From the NCBI GenBank assembly GCA_031409855.1, contig JANNYA010000226.1, positions 5,192 to 69,191 on the forward strand: a stretch of DNA of 64,000 bases. Direction: 5' to 3'. The notes under the pieces are model-generated. The model did no database searches. It was given only the letters and a program-made list of their open reading frames with translations, and was not told where the DNA came from. Shown piece after piece: positions 36,553 through 47,600 of this stretch (position 1 is the stretch's first letter; every line of letters starts with the position of its first letter). The translations under genes were made by a program, and so were the position numbers. The DNA comes from Rhodanobacteraceae bacterium (lineage in GTDB: Bacteria > Pseudomonadota > Gammaproteobacteria > Xanthomonadales > SZUA-5).

Positions 36553-37371
36553 TCAGCCAAATTGTGCTGACAACGTCTTGCCGCGTGCCGTTGCCGCAGC
36601 GATTGCATCACTAACATGGCTGCGAAAACCCACTTGCTCAAACACCGCCAACGCCGCTGCCGTGGTACCACCCGGGCTAGTCACGCGCTCCCTTAAAATG
36701 CTGGCGGGCTCGTCACTTTCAAGCGCCATTTTAGCCGCACCATAAGCGGTATTCAGCACCAGCGCGCGCGCCACCGCGGGGCTTAGTCCTTGCGCCATCG
36801 CCGCCGCCTGCATCGCTTCGATCAACAAAAAGAAATACGCCGGGCCCGAGCCCGAGGTTGCGGTTACCGCGTCCATCAACGCCTCGGCGTCCACCCAAAC
36901 GCTGGCACCGGCAGCATTCAGCAAATTTTGTGCGCTGCTGCGCTGCTCGGCGTTGACATCATTTTCCGCAAATAACGCGGTGATTCCCGCACCAATCAGC
37001 GCCGGCGTGTTGGGCATGCTGCGCACCAGTTTCGCCTTCGGCCCTAGCCACTCGCGCAAACTCGCTAGCGAAATCCCCGCCGCAATTGAAATTACCAGTG
37101 GCTCAGCTGCCTCGACCTGCGCGCGCAAGCTTTCGCAGACTTCGCGCATCATTTGCGGCTTAACCGCCAGCAGCCAAATACCCTTTCCTGCAACCGCCGA
37201 AGCACTGTCGCTATGCACCGCGACGCCAAAATCCCGTGCCAAAGCCTCTGCGGTGGCGGCAAAAGGCTCCGCAACCGCAATGCTCGCGGCCGTCTGCCCA
37301 CGCTTGAGCAAGCCGCCAATAAGCGAGCGCGCCATATTGCCACCGCCGATAAATGCAATAGTTGTGTTCAT
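36553..37371 (-). CDS. proC: Pyrroline-5-carboxylate reductase
   Basis: IAFIGGGNMARSLIGGL (Rossmann), VRSMPNTPALIG and SPGGTTAAAL are classical ProC motifs. Confidence 0.92.
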   Translation of the reverse strand: MNTTIAFIGGGNMARSLIGGLLKRGQTAASIAVAEPFAATAEALARDFGVAVHSDSASAVAGKGIWLLAVKPQMMREVCESLRAQVEAAEPLVISIAAGISLASLREWLGPKAKLVRSMPNTPALIGAGITALFAENDVNAEQRSSAQNLLNAAGASVWVDAEALMDAVTATSGSGPAYFFLLIEAMQAAAMAQGLSPAVARALVLNTAYGAAKMALESDEPASILRERVTSPGGTTAAALAVFEQVGFRSHVSDAIAAATARGKTLSAQFG

Positions 37372-37470
37372 AGTTCACGCACCAAATTTACAGCGCGCGA
37401 GTGTGCCACGTGCACCGCAGATCGCGCTGGTTTTGGCTAAATGTGTTTTGATGCAAGCGAAAATGGCGCA

Positions 37471-38352
37471 CTACTCATCAGCCCCTGCATAAATTACACG
37501 CCGACTAACACCCGTCAGTTTCGCCGCCAACTTCGCTGCCTGACTTTTCGACATGGATTCGCTGAGGATGGCAAAAGTGCGCCGGGCTTGAACTTCGGCG
37601 TCACTTTTTTCCGGTGCGCCTTGAATGATCACAACAAATTCGCCGCGCTGCAGATTGCTGTCGCTGGCGATTTTCTCAGCAATGACGGATGCTGGGCCGG
37701 TAAACGCGTTTTCAAAGTGCTTGGTGATTTCTTTTACTACCGAAATGGCGCGATCCGCACCGAAAACCGCAACAACATCGGCCAACATCTCAGTAATTCG
37801 GTGCGTAGACTCATAAAACACTAGCGTCCGTGGTTCGTCTTGCAGCGCGGTCAATTTGTCGCGGCGGCCTTTATTATTCGCAGGCAAAAAACCTTCAAAG
37901 CAAAAGCGCTCGCAGGGCAAGCCACAAATGCTCAACGCCGCAATCAGCGCACATGGGCCTGGCACCGCGCGGACGGTAAATCCAGCCGCGCGCGCAGCGG
38001 CAACTAAAATATAGCCTGGGTCACTGATGAGCGGGGTACCGGCGTCGCTAATCAACGCCAGCGTTTGCCCGGCTTCCAGTTTTTGCAATATCCCAGTGGT
38101 TTTATGGGTTTCGTTGTAGTCGTGCAAAGAACTTAGCTTGGCTTGGATACCGTAATGGCGCAAAAGCACATTAGAAGTACGAGTGTCCTCACACAAAATT
38201 TCATGTGCACTGCGCAAAACCTCCAGCGCACGCGGTGATATGTCATGCAAATGCCCGATCGGCGTGGCCACAATGTAGAGCGTGGGCGTGCCAGAAACGC
38301 TTTGCGCTGTATGATCCAGCGCAGTTTCACTAGATTGTTGAGTTGAGTTCAT
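37471..38352 (-). CDS. rsmI: 16S rRNA (cytidine1402-2'-O)-methyltransferase
   Basis: LYIVATPIGHLHDISPRALEVL, CEDTR, SDAGTPLISDPG and FCFEGFLP are RsmI signatures. The gene is divergent from lpoA, as in E. coli. Confidence 0.92.
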   Translation of the reverse strand: MNSTQQSSETALDHTAQSVSGTPTLYIVATPIGHLHDISPRALEVLRSAHEILCEDTRTSNVLLRHYGIQAKLSSLHDYNETHKTTGILQKLEAGQTLALISDAGTPLISDPGYILVAAARAAGFTVRAVPGPCALIAALSICGLPCERFCFEGFLPANNKGRRDKLTALQDEPRTLVFYESTHRITEMLADVVAVFGADRAISVVKEITKHFENAFTGPASVIAEKIASDSNLQRGEFVVIIQGAPEKSDAEVQARRTFAILSESMSKSQAAKLAAKLTGVSRRVIYAGADE

Positions 38353-38395
38353 GCGGATAGTCCTAAATTCTAGCGGCCCGGTTTTGCGCGGCGCA

Positions 38396-40264
38396 ATGTT
38401 GATGGCAAAGAATGCGCGGGCAGTTACGCTTGCCGCGATGCTGCTAGTGGCGCTTGCGGGTTGTGGGAGTATGCCGCTACTCGGGCCATCTGTAGATGAG
38501 TCGGGTGCAAAAGTGTTGATGGATAACGGCCAATTTCGCGATGCGGCAGCCGCATATCAGCGTCTTGCACGAAAAAATGGTGAGCAACGCGCGCGCTATC
38601 AATTGTTAAGCGCGGATGCCTGGCGTGAAGAAGGTGACTTTAATAGCGTGCAAACGGCGTTAAAAGCGATTGATCGCAATGGCCTGACGAGCAATCAATC
38701 GGTACAGTTTGACTTACTCGACGCGGAAATTTTATTGAGCCGTGGCGATGCACAGGGCGCACTGAATTTATTAGTCGCGGACCCGCAAAAATTGCCGCCA
38801 GAACTTGCTTCATCGTATTTCGAGCTGCGCGCGCAAGCGTTTGAAAAAAATTCCGATTTCGCCGACGCAGCGTCCGAGCGCGCGTCGTTGAACAGCCTGC
38901 TTGACCCGGTAGAACGTGCAGCGAATGAACATGATTTACGCGCGCTTTTGCAAAAACTTAAACTTGATGAGCGTCGGAATTTGATGCGAGCCACAGCGCG
39001 CACCAATCCCCTATTCCCTTTTTTGGCAGCACTCGGTGGCACTGCGCGTGAAGGCAGTGCAAGTTCCTATACAGATTCGGTCACGGCGGCACCCGCCGCA
39101 TCAAGAACCACCCGTTTGAGTGGTGCTGCGCGCGAGAACATCAGCAAAATCGCCCTACTTCTACCAAGTACCGGGCCAATTGCGCCTGCTGCGCGCGCAG
39201 TACAGGACGGTATTTTTGCCGCTTATTTTTCCGATACTTCGGAAACTCGCCCAGAATTGGCGATTATAGACAGCGGCCTGAGCGCAGCCAGCGGCAAAGC
39301 CGCCTATGACAAGGCGATAGCCGATGGCTTTGATCACGTGATTGGCCCCTTACAGCGTGATCAGGTCACCGCGATTTTTCAGTCCAATACAGCAATTTTG
39401 CCCACGCTTGCGTTGAACTTTGCCGACTCGCCTACCCTGCCACCGAAAGGCAGTCTGCAATTTGCGCTATTGCCAGAAGAGGAAGCCGTTGCCGCTGCCG
39501 AACATATGGCACAAAGAGGCTTAAAGCGTGTCGCGGTGCTGGTACCAGACGATGAATTCGGTCGCCGCTCGGCAGAAGCGTTTGAGGCGCGTTTCACTGC
39601 CTTAGGTGGCGAAATCGGTGAACGCGCGTTTTTTTCCATCACCGGCACAGATAAATCGGCCGCCATCCAGAGCGCCATGGGCGTGACAGAAAGCCAGGCG
39701 CGCATCCAGCTCGTACGTGGCATCGTTGGCATCCCTTTTACTGCGCTAGCGGCGCGGCGATATGATCTAGAAGGCATTTTCCTAGCGGCAAAACCACCGC
39801 AAGGACGTTTACTGTTGCCGCAATTGCGCGCGTTTGACGCCGAAGACTGGCCCATTGTTGCCACCAGCAATATCTATGCGGGCAGCCCAAATACAGCATT
39901 AGATCGGGATTTAAACGGGCTAGAATTTTGCGATGCGCCGTGGGTATTGAACGCCAATGCCGGTGATGATGTGCCAACGCGTGAAAGCATCCGCAGTTTG
40001 AATAGCACGGTGGGTGCTGGCGCACGCCTAGTCGCGTTCGGCATTGATGCGTATCGCACGCTGACGCACTTAAGTTGGCTCGAAAGCAATCCAGACACCG
40101 CCATTTCCGGCGCGACTGGCCTGTTGAGTGTCGATCAAAACGGCAGCGTGCGCCGCAAACCCAGCTGGGCGGTGATGCGGGCAGGCATACCGGTGGTTAT
40201 TGCTGCCGATGCAAATGCCGAAGACACGGCTGTCGTCTCGCCTGATCGGCGAGACTTAAACTAG
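38396..40264 (+). CDS. lpoA: Penicillin-binding protein activator LpoA (LppC/YraM family lipoprotein)
   Basis: A lipobox lies in MLMAKNARAVTLAAMLLVALAGC. The N-terminal part is TPR-like, and the C-terminal part resembles a periplasmic-binding-protein domain. The rsmI<>lpoA-yraN synteny is conserved. Confidence 0.8.
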   Translation: MLMAKNARAVTLAAMLLVALAGCGSMPLLGPSVDESGAKVLMDNGQFRDAAAAYQRLARKNGEQRARYQLLSADAWREEGDFNSVQTALKAIDRNGLTSNQSVQFDLLDAEILLSRGDAQGALNLLVADPQKLPPELASSYFELRAQAFEKNSDFADAASERASLNSLLDPVERAANEHDLRALLQKLKLDERRNLMRATARTNPLFPFLAALGGTAREGSASSYTDSVTAAPAASRTTRLSGAARENISKIALLLPSTGPIAPAARAVQDGIFAAYFSDTSETRPELAIIDSGLSAASGKAAYDKAIADGFDHVIGPLQRDQVTAIFQSNTAILPTLALNFADSPTLPPKGSLQFALLPEEEAVAAAEHMAQRGLKRVAVLVPDDEFGRRSAEAFEARFTALGGEIGERAFFSITGTDKSAAIQSAMGVTESQARIQLVRGIVGIPFTALAARRYDLEGIFLAAKPPQGRLLLPQLRAFDAEDWPIVATSNIYAGSPNTALDRDLNGLEFCDAPWVLNANAGDDVPTRESIRSLNSTVGAGARLVAFGIDAYRTLTHLSWLESNPDTAISGATGLLSVDQNGSVRRKPSWAVMRAGIPVVIAADANAEDTAVVSPDRRDLN

Positions 40265-40265
40265 C

Positions 40266-40628
40266 GTGCATAACACGCGCGATATCGGTCAGGCGCATGA
40301 AAGTCGGGCGTTAGCGCATTTGCAAAACGCTGGCTTGAGCCTGGTTGTGCGTAACTACACAGCAAAAGTGGGCGAAATTGATTTAATCATGGCGCAACAA
40401 GAAACCCTGGTGTTCGTGGAAGTGCGCTTTCGCTCGGCCGGTAGTTTCGTTGATGGCTTAAGCACCGTTGGTGACAGCAAACGCAAGCGTTTTATTAAAG
40501 CCGTCAAATACTATTTACTGACGCATCCGAAAGACGCGCAACGGGTGCTGCGTTTCGATGTAATGAGTATGAGCATGCAAGATATCGACTGGCATCAAAA
40601 CGCATTTGATGCGGGTAGCGGCTGGTAG
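40266..40628 (+). CDS. yraN: YraN family (UPF0102) endonuclease-like protein
   Basis: GEIDLIM...LVFVEVRFR is the PD-(D/E)xK-like YraN core. The start is GTG at 40266. The gene sits immediately after lpoA. Confidence 0.8.
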   Translation: MHNTRDIGQAHESRALAHLQNAGLSLVVRNYTAKVGEIDLIMAQQETLVFVEVRFRSAGSFVDGLSTVGDSKRKRFIKAVKYYLLTHPKDAQRVLRFDVMSMSMQDIDWHQNAFDAGSGW

Positions 40629-40635
40629 CCAAGCT

Positions 40636-41565
40636 ATGCTGCAGTCCACGATGTCGGCGATGCGCGCACGCTTCAAACTCTATCGGATAATTCGCGACTA
40701 TTTCGCGCAGCGCGGTGTGTCGGAAGTTGAAACGCCAATCCTAGCCAGCAGTGGCAATACCGATCCGGCGATTGATAGCTTTATAACGTTTGATGCGCAC
40801 GAGCAAGCGCACTGGCTGCGCACCTCGCCCGAATTTTTTCATAAGCGCCTGCTCAGTGCCGGCTCGGGGGATATTTTTGAGATTGCCAAGGTATTTCGGC
40901 GTGGCGAAGTGTCCACGCGCCATCGCCAAGAATTCAGCATGCTGGAATTTTACCGGCTTGGCATGGATGAGTTTGCCCTAATCGATGATTTAACCCGCCT
41001 TATTTCGGCGGTTTTTAGCGGCTTTGGCCGAACGCCACCCGCGTGTGAACGATTGAGCTATTGCACTTGGTTCGAGCGTGACGCAGGTTTCCAGCCACTC
41101 GCCATTGCCATGGAGCCGCTGCGCGCGCGCATTGCGGAGCTTGGTGTGATTAAGCCTGCAGGCGTGGAATTCAACCGCGACGATTGCCTAGATTTGATCC
41201 GCACACACCAGCTTGAAGCGCTGCTGCCCGCCGATCAATTGAGCTTTATCTATGACTTCCCAGCCAGCCAGGCCGCACTCGCACAGCTCAACACCGATGG
41301 CAAAACTGCACGCCGCTTCGAGCTATTCGTCGGCGGATTTGAGCTTGCGAATGGCTATTTTGAATTGACCGATGCCGCCGAGCAAACTCAACGCTTTAGC
41401 CGCGATTGCGCGCTGCGTGCGGAGCGCGGCATGCCGGCGGTGAAAATGGATCAGGATTTGCTTGAATCATTAAACAGTGGCTTACCAAGCTGTGCGGGCG
41501 TTGCTGTTGGGCTAGACCGGCTGTTGATGGTTTTGCTGGGCGTGCGCGACATCAACCAAGTTTGA
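40636..41565 (+). CDS. epmA: Elongation factor P--(R)-beta-lysine ligase (EpmA/PoxA/GenX)
   Basis: Colinear with E. coli EpmA as recalled: RGVSEVETPIL, TSPEFFHKRLL, RRGEVSTRHRQEFSMLEFYR, YDFPASQAALAQ, RFELFVGGFELANGYFELTD, LPSCAGVAVGLDRLLM. The start is set at ATG 40636. Confidence 0.88.
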   Translation: MLQSTMSAMRARFKLYRIIRDYFAQRGVSEVETPILASSGNTDPAIDSFITFDAHEQAHWLRTSPEFFHKRLLSAGSGDIFEIAKVFRRGEVSTRHRQEFSMLEFYRLGMDEFALIDDLTRLISAVFSGFGRTPPACERLSYCTWFERDAGFQPLAIAMEPLRARIAELGVIKPAGVEFNRDDCLDLIRTHQLEALLPADQLSFIYDFPASQAALAQLNTDGKTARRFELFVGGFELANGYFELTDAAEQTQRFSRDCALRAERGMPAVKMDQDLLESLNSGLPSCAGVAVGLDRLLMVLLGVRDINQV

Positions 41566-41624
41566 TTACTTGATCGTGTCGCACCAAAGGTGGCCCCAAG
41601 TTTCTGAAGCCGAAGAAGCTCTAG

Positions 41625-44531
41625 CTACTCAAAGCCGTTCTTTAGCAGTGCGTCACGGAAATAAGCTGGCCCGCCGCGAAATAGAATGCCACTGGTGCCA
41701 GAGCGATAGCTTCCTAACTGCCCGGCGTTGATGGTCAAACGCCAACGTTCGCTATCTAGGCGCTGTGCACCAGCAAACGTGTACCAATCAAGCGTGCTGT
41801 CATTGCCAGGGGTCGTCGGGCCGTAGTTGCGCCAAGTCCAATCTGCGGGATTGGTGAAAAAGCCATCATGAAAGCGCACCACGACATCGGTACGGGCGCA
41901 TCCTGGCAGCTCAAAACTGATGATCCCGCGATCAGAGGTGTCGTAGTTTTCGCCCAGCGGGCCGATGTCTTCTGGATAAATACGCGAATCAATGCCGTAT
42001 ACATCAACAAACTGATCGCAGCTGGCACCGCCGCGCAGCAACACATTTTCGCCGGTGGTCGAGGTGTGATTGGAACGACCGAGCGCATTTTCCGTGGCGC
42101 GCGCGGGTGCATCCGCCGACAAACCCTGGGTGCGAATCAGAAAGCCGGTGACGAATCGCTGCGTGCTGTCCAAAATGCCGTCACTGTTGCTATCGCCCGC
42201 ATTTGGGCCGGCGTTTTCCACCGTGTCCAGCGAGCCATCATTGTCCGTGTCGGGCAGTTGTTCAAACTCGTACACACCGGCGTTGGTGCCGGCACGAATG
42301 ACCGCTCCAGGCCCATCTTGCAGGGCAAACACCGCATCTGCTGGCAATCCGGTACTGATCGAACGCCAAATACCGCCGCCATTGGTGGTGCGAAAGACAC
42401 CACCGGGGTTGGAATAGGTGCCGGTGCCTGCAGCAACTAAAGTGTCGGGAAGCGAACTATCCACCGCAAGCGAAGTGATTGAGGCGCCCAACAGACCATT
42501 GCTGACATTAGTCCAGTTCGCACCGGCGTCCGTGCTTTTATAAACGCCGTTGAGGGGTGAGCCATCAATAATACCGGTACCGGTTGCGGCATAAATAGTG
42601 TTCGAGTTCGCCATGACCAAGGCGTAAACATTCACGGTGCTTCCGGCAAATGGGCCGCTCGTAAAGGTGGGTAAGCCGTTACTCGAATGCGTCCAATTTG
42701 TGCCACGGTTGCTGCTTTTGAAGACGCCGTTCAAATGCACGGTAGGTGTCCCCGTGCCGGAGCCGGAAAGATTGGTGGCCAGATACAGCGTTTGCGTCGC
42801 GAATACATGGGTCGTCAAAACTTTTCCCTGCAGCCTGGCATTGCTGGCAGCCGGGGATTGCGGCAAGCCAACATTCGCCAGGGCGAAGCGCGCCCCTGCA
42901 TCCGTCGATTTGTAGACGATCAGCGCATTGCCCGCAGTGACGCCGCCGCCGTTTCCCGTGTTGACGAGATACACCGTTTCCAAAGTGTTGCCAGTAGCGC
43001 ACGCCCCAATGATTGGCGGTGCAGCGCAGGACCTTGGGTCTAATTTGACATCGCTGACGATGCCCATTGGTGACACTGAGCCGACCATCGCTGGCAGGCC
43101 GCTGTCCAAAATACTCCAGCTAGATCCGCCATTCACGGATTTGTAGACGCCTTGGTTACCCGTCATCAGTCGCGATTCGGAAAAACCGACGGCGTAAAGA
43201 GTCTGGCCAGTCAGCGGGGTGGTAAAATCCACGGCAATCGCACGTATCAAACCAGCGCGGACGCTGCTTAAGTTGAGCTCACTCCAGCTTGAGCCAGCGT
43301 TGGTCGATTTGAAAACACCGTGGCTTTGCGCGGAACTGTCTGATTGCGCAGCGTAGAGCGTGGTGGACGTGGGGCTAGCGCTTGCGATTGCATAAACGCC
43401 CACCGAATTAAAGCCGGCGTTGATCGGCGTGAATGAAACGCCATTGTTGGTTGATTTAAACAAACCCGAAGCCTGCGAGGCCGAATACAGCACGTTGCTG
43501 CCGGGGTAGCCATTGTCACCGCTGATATCGGACATTTGCGGCTGTGTATTGGTGGGGCCCAACACCGAGGTAAAAGTAACGCCTGAATTGCTGGAGCGAT
43601 CCACGACGCTGACAAAACCATCGGTTGGATTATCGGTTTGCAATTGCAGAATACTGGTCGAGCTGACTGGGGAGATCCAGTTCACCGCGACTAGATTGCT
43701 GGTCAGCCAATTGGCACCAAAATCATTGCTGAAAAAACCGAGCGTTCCACCGCTTGCACGCAGGCTTGCGTAAAGTTTGCCCGCAGGGCTTGCCGAGATA
43801 GGCGCGAACTGCAGCGAAAAGACAGCAGACGCGGTACTGGGCGCGGTAAAGCTTGGACTAAAGTTCAGGCCATTGTTGCTGCTGCGATAAAACTGCACCG
43901 GCGCGGGCGCGGAACTGATGAGCGCCATATCGTTCGCTAGCCACGCCACTTTGGAAACCGTTGCGGTGCCCGGATAGCCACTGAATGCTGTGGGGAAGCT
44001 AAACGTGGAGCCGCCGTTTCGGCTAATCGCTAAACTCGCATTGCCGGTCGTGCTGGACAAAATCGCAACACCCACGACACCGGTGCTTTGCACGGTGACG
44101 GCGATATCCCGCACCGATGTGGCACCCGATGGCAAAGTGAAACGCGTGCGAGCCCAGCGATCGCCGCGGTTGGAACTGACAAACACTTGATTGATTGGAT
44201 CAGGGCTGCTGCGCCTAATGTTTAATGCAAGCACATCGCCGTTGTTTGGTGCGAGCGTAAAAAAGCCAGTCCAGCGAACCCCAGCAGGCAAACCAGCCTC
44301 AATGCGTTTCCAACTTAGGCCTGCGTTGTCCGAGCGAAACATGCCGCTTTGGCCCAAGGCATAAACCACATTGTTATTGCTCGGGTGCACCAAAATTTGC
44401 GCGGAAACGCCGCCGAAAGGACCGTTTCCTGTCCAAACGCCAGCGCCAGCATTGGCCCGCTCGACGGGAAAAATCAGCAACAGTGCCAAAACTAACGAAA
44501 CCAGATAGGCGCGAAACATGGTGAACTCCAA
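41625..44531 (-). CDS. Secreted BNR/Asp-box (sortilin-Vps10 / Ycf48-like) multi-propeller repeat protein with a TSP3-like Ca-binding segment and an unassigned C-terminal domain
   Basis: Signal peptide MFRAYLVSLVLALLLIFPVERANA. There are at least 8 Asp-box-type repeats, for example MFRSDNAGLSWKRIEAGLP, GVFKSTNAGSSWSELN, GVYKSVNGGSSWSILDSGLP, GVFKSSNRGTNWTHSSNGLP, GVYKSTDAGANWTNVSNGL and GVFRTTNGGGIWRSISTGLP. These are followed by DTDNDGSLDTVENAGPNAGDSNSDGILD. Confidence 0.75.
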   Translation of the reverse strand: MEFTMFRAYLVSLVLALLLIFPVERANAGAGVWTGNGPFGGVSAQILVHPSNNNVVYALGQSGMFRSDNAGLSWKRIEAGLPAGVRWTGFFTLAPNNGDVLALNIRRSSPDPINQVFVSSNRGDRWARTRFTLPSGATSVRDIAVTVQSTGVVGVAILSSTTGNASLAISRNGGSTFSFPTAFSGYPGTATVSKVAWLANDMALISSAPAPVQFYRSSNNGLNFSPSFTAPSTASAVFSLQFAPISASPAGKLYASLRASGGTLGFFSNDFGANWLTSNLVAVNWISPVSSTSILQLQTDNPTDGFVSVVDRSSNSGVTFTSVLGPTNTQPQMSDISGDNGYPGSNVLYSASQASGLFKSTNNGVSFTPINAGFNSVGVYAIASASPTSTTLYAAQSDSSAQSHGVFKSTNAGSSWSELNLSSVRAGLIRAIAVDFTTPLTGQTLYAVGFSESRLMTGNQGVYKSVNGGSSWSILDSGLPAMVGSVSPMGIVSDVKLDPRSCAAPPIIGACATGNTLETVYLVNTGNGGGVTAGNALIVYKSTDAGARFALANVGLPQSPAASNARLQGKVLTTHVFATQTLYLATNLSGSGTGTPTVHLNGVFKSSNRGTNWTHSSNGLPTFTSGPFAGSTVNVYALVMANSNTIYAATGTGIIDGSPLNGVYKSTDAGANWTNVSNGLLGASITSLAVDSSLPDTLVAAGTGTYSNPGGVFRTTNGGGIWRSISTGLPADAVFALQDGPGAVIRAGTNAGVYEFEQLPDTDNDGSLDTVENAGPNAGDSNSDGILDSTQRFVTGFLIRTQGLSADAPARATENALGRSNHTSTTGENVLLRGGASCDQFVDVYGIDSRIYPEDIGPLGENYDTSDRGIISFELPGCARTDVVVRFHDGFFTNPADWTWRNYGPTTPGNDSTLDWYTFAGAQRLDSERWRLTINAGQLGSYRSGTSGILFRGGPAYFRDALLKNGFE

Positions 44532-44650
44532 TTTTCAGCCGATTCTGCGAAGCCTAAACCTGCTCGCACAACTAAAGCTAAGGACAATTGCGCAAGTGTA
44601 GAGCACCGCTTGGTTCCGCTATACCTGAAAACTGGGGTCATTTAGGCGCG

Positions 44651-47600
44651 CTAGCGCGGTGCGGTTTGCCGTAAACGTTGCTGCAGCTCCGTTAGCAGTT
44701 CCCGCGCACGGGCGAGATCTTTTGCGGGCTCAAGCAATGTCTGCGCCTGTGCAAGCAATGCGCGTTTTTGCGCCGCATCACTTGCCAGATCAGCGGCAAG
44801 CATACGCAGCGCTGCGCGTTCCGTGCGCAAGCGCAAATCGCGCGCATCGGCGGTGGCAATCACACTTTCGCCAAATTCCAGCCAACGTTGGCTTTCGGCT
44901 CGATCATTTAACCTTAAATTGACTTCTGCCAAGCGCGCCGCAGCAGCAGCAAGCGAGGGATGGCGCTCGCCGACGCGCGTTTGGGCAAATGCCAGCGCTT
45001 GCGCCAGGGTGGTACGTGCCGCCGCTAGCTCCGTGTCGCTGTGCGCGTTGAGCAGCGCCAGCCGCCCTAGCCCAAGTAACGCGCCCGATTGCTGTGGGCT
45101 GTCGACGCCAAACATGGCCTTTTGTGCTGCCCAAGCCGATTGATAAAGCCGCTCGGCACGCGGCAAATCGCGTTCCAGCATTGCACACGCAGCGCGATTT
45201 GTCGCCAACGAGGCAAACAAAGGATGCGGTTGGGTGGCATCGAGCAGCTTGCGCAAAATGACTTCGGCGGCGTCATAGTGCGTGCGCGCGGCGCTAAATT
45301 GCCCTAGATCGCGCTCAACGTTGCCAAGATTCATCTGGGCGATGGCGAGTTCGGTGTGCAGCGGACCAAGCAGCTTTTGTCGCTTCTCTAATACCGCTAA
45401 AAAATGCAGGCGCGCGTCTTTGGCACGCCCCATTTGTAGCAGCGCAAAACCCAAGTTATTGTGTGCGGTAACAATATCGACTTCGCTGGCGCCGTTTTGC
45501 CGCAGCGCCAGAGTTTGCTCAAGTAATGGTGCGGCTTCGGCGTAGCGATTTTGGTCGTTATAAATGCTGGCAATAATGTTCATGGTTACCGCCCGTGCAA
45601 GCGGCGCCGCACGATTTTCTGCCTGCATCGCACGCACGCGTTCCAACACCGCAAGCGCTTCCTCAGGGCGCGCTAAATCGGCCAATATCCGCCCGCGCTC
45701 CAGCCCAAGTTCGCTGACTAGCTCCGCTTGAGTGCGATCCTGCTGCAAAATGCCGAGCGCTTTTTGTGCCTGATCCAGTGCGGCAAGTGAACGCTCAAGC
45801 TTACCCAGTGAGCGCAGGCTTTGGCTCATCTGCAACAGCAGCTTCGCTTGAACTGCAGGCGTTTCTGAAAGCAGCGCGGCTTTGTCAATGCCTAGCTCTA
45901 AAACTTCCTTCACCGTCGGGTCGCGGCCTTTGGCTTGGTTTGGATCTGCGGTGGCAAATAGGCTGCGCCAAAATTCGCTCAGCGCATTCGCGCTGCGCGC
46001 TTCGACATTGGCCCGATCCGTTTGCACCTGCAGCGCTTTTCCGCGCTCGTTCAAGCGCGCGGTTTGCCACACAGCAACCGCAAGAATCAATGACAGCAAG
46101 GCGGCAATCCAGCGCAAACGGCGCTTGCTGCGGGAATCCGCATCGGCACGCTCAAGCGCGGCGCGAGCGATCTTGCGCTCCTGCTCGGCCAAGGCTTGGG
46201 CTTGCATTAGTTCGCGCTCATTTCGCTCGCGCGCCATTTCTGCAGCAGCCTGCTCGTGCGCAAAGCTTGCGTCCAAAAATTGTGTCTCAGGCTCGGTCAA
46301 ACGTACCAAGCCACGCTCCCGTACCGGCAGATACTGTGCCAGCCGCGCACTGCTCGCTAAAAATCCAGCCGCGTCTTTGCCCTCAGCAGGTGCTTCTTGC
46401 CACTGCTTGGTCGCCTCGGCTAGCTGGCGTTGAAGGCGCAAATCCGCACGTGAGCCGGCCAGCCAATCTTGCAGCAGCGGCCAACTGCGCAGCAGCGCCT
46501 CGTGCGCTACTTCTACAGTCGCTAGCCTTTCGCCCTGGAATTCATTGGCGATCAGCGCACTGGCCTGATCGCGATCATGGCTCAGCAAACGCGCGTCGGA
46601 GTAAGCATTGATCGCTTTCTGTAGCGGCGTGGGGTCGGTGAACAGGGCATTGAGTTCATGCAAAAAAGCGCGTCTGCGGGTGTCTTCACGGCCTTCGCCA
46701 AGCGTGGTCAAACGCAGAAAAAGCTGTTGCGTGGCCAACTGCGCCGGTGCATCTAAAGCTTCAAACGTCGATTGCGCACGATTTGCCAGCGCGCCGCGAA
46801 TGCCGCCCATTTGGCGAAACGCGCTGAGCGTCAGCTCGAACCCAGCTCGGCGGCGAAAAAGCTCCGCGAGCGAGTACTGCAGCATCGGCAAAGCGCTCGC
46901 TTGCCCGCCCATGTCGGCCAAAATTGCCGCGACTAACCCTGGCTCAAAAACTAAGCCTGCACGTTTGGCGGGTCCAACGATCGCGCGCTCCAGCTCCTCC
47001 ATCGTCATCGCCGGAATCATTTCGGTACGCGCGCGCAACAACTCGGCTAAGTCCACATGCTGGAGCGGGCGATCAAGAAAATCTGCGCGCAGGGTAAACA
47101 CCGCGCGCAGCCTAGAATACGGCTCCAGCAGCGCGTTACAAAGCTGGGCAATAAAAAGTTCACGTTCACTGGTGTCTGTGCACAGCGTGAAAAGCTCTTC
47201 AAATTGATCAATCACCAACAGCAGCTCAGTTCCCGGTGCCAGGCTGCGATCTATCGCGCGGGAAAAACCGGTGCGTTCTTGCATCAAGGCATCAAGCCCA
47301 TCGGGCGCGATCGAGGCCACCCGCAGCAGGGCCGCCTGCAGCGCCTGCAAAGGCTGTGCGCCGGGCATGAAGGTGCTAATCAACCACCGATCCGCACCTT
47401 TGATCTGACCCGCACGCAGTGCCGGGATTAAGCCCGCGCGAACCACCGATGACTTTCCGCTGCCCGAGGCGCCGACGACAAAAAGCGCACGCGAAAGCCC
47501 CTGGGCGCGCGCCTCGACACTTTCGCGCAGGCGATCCAACAAGCACTCAATCATCGCTTCGCGGCCGAAAAATTGCCGCGCATTGCTTTCATCGAAGGCG

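Noticed and set aside
45766-46611. A 281-aa + strand ORF, with neighbours at 45882-46433 and 46608-47207, inside the STAND gene region
   Set aside because: It is antisense to a gene with unambiguous kinase, Walker A/B and TPR motifs. The translation is Arg/Ala/Pro/Ser-rich low complexity, typical of spurious antisense frames in GC-rich DNA. I saw no motifs and no RBS.
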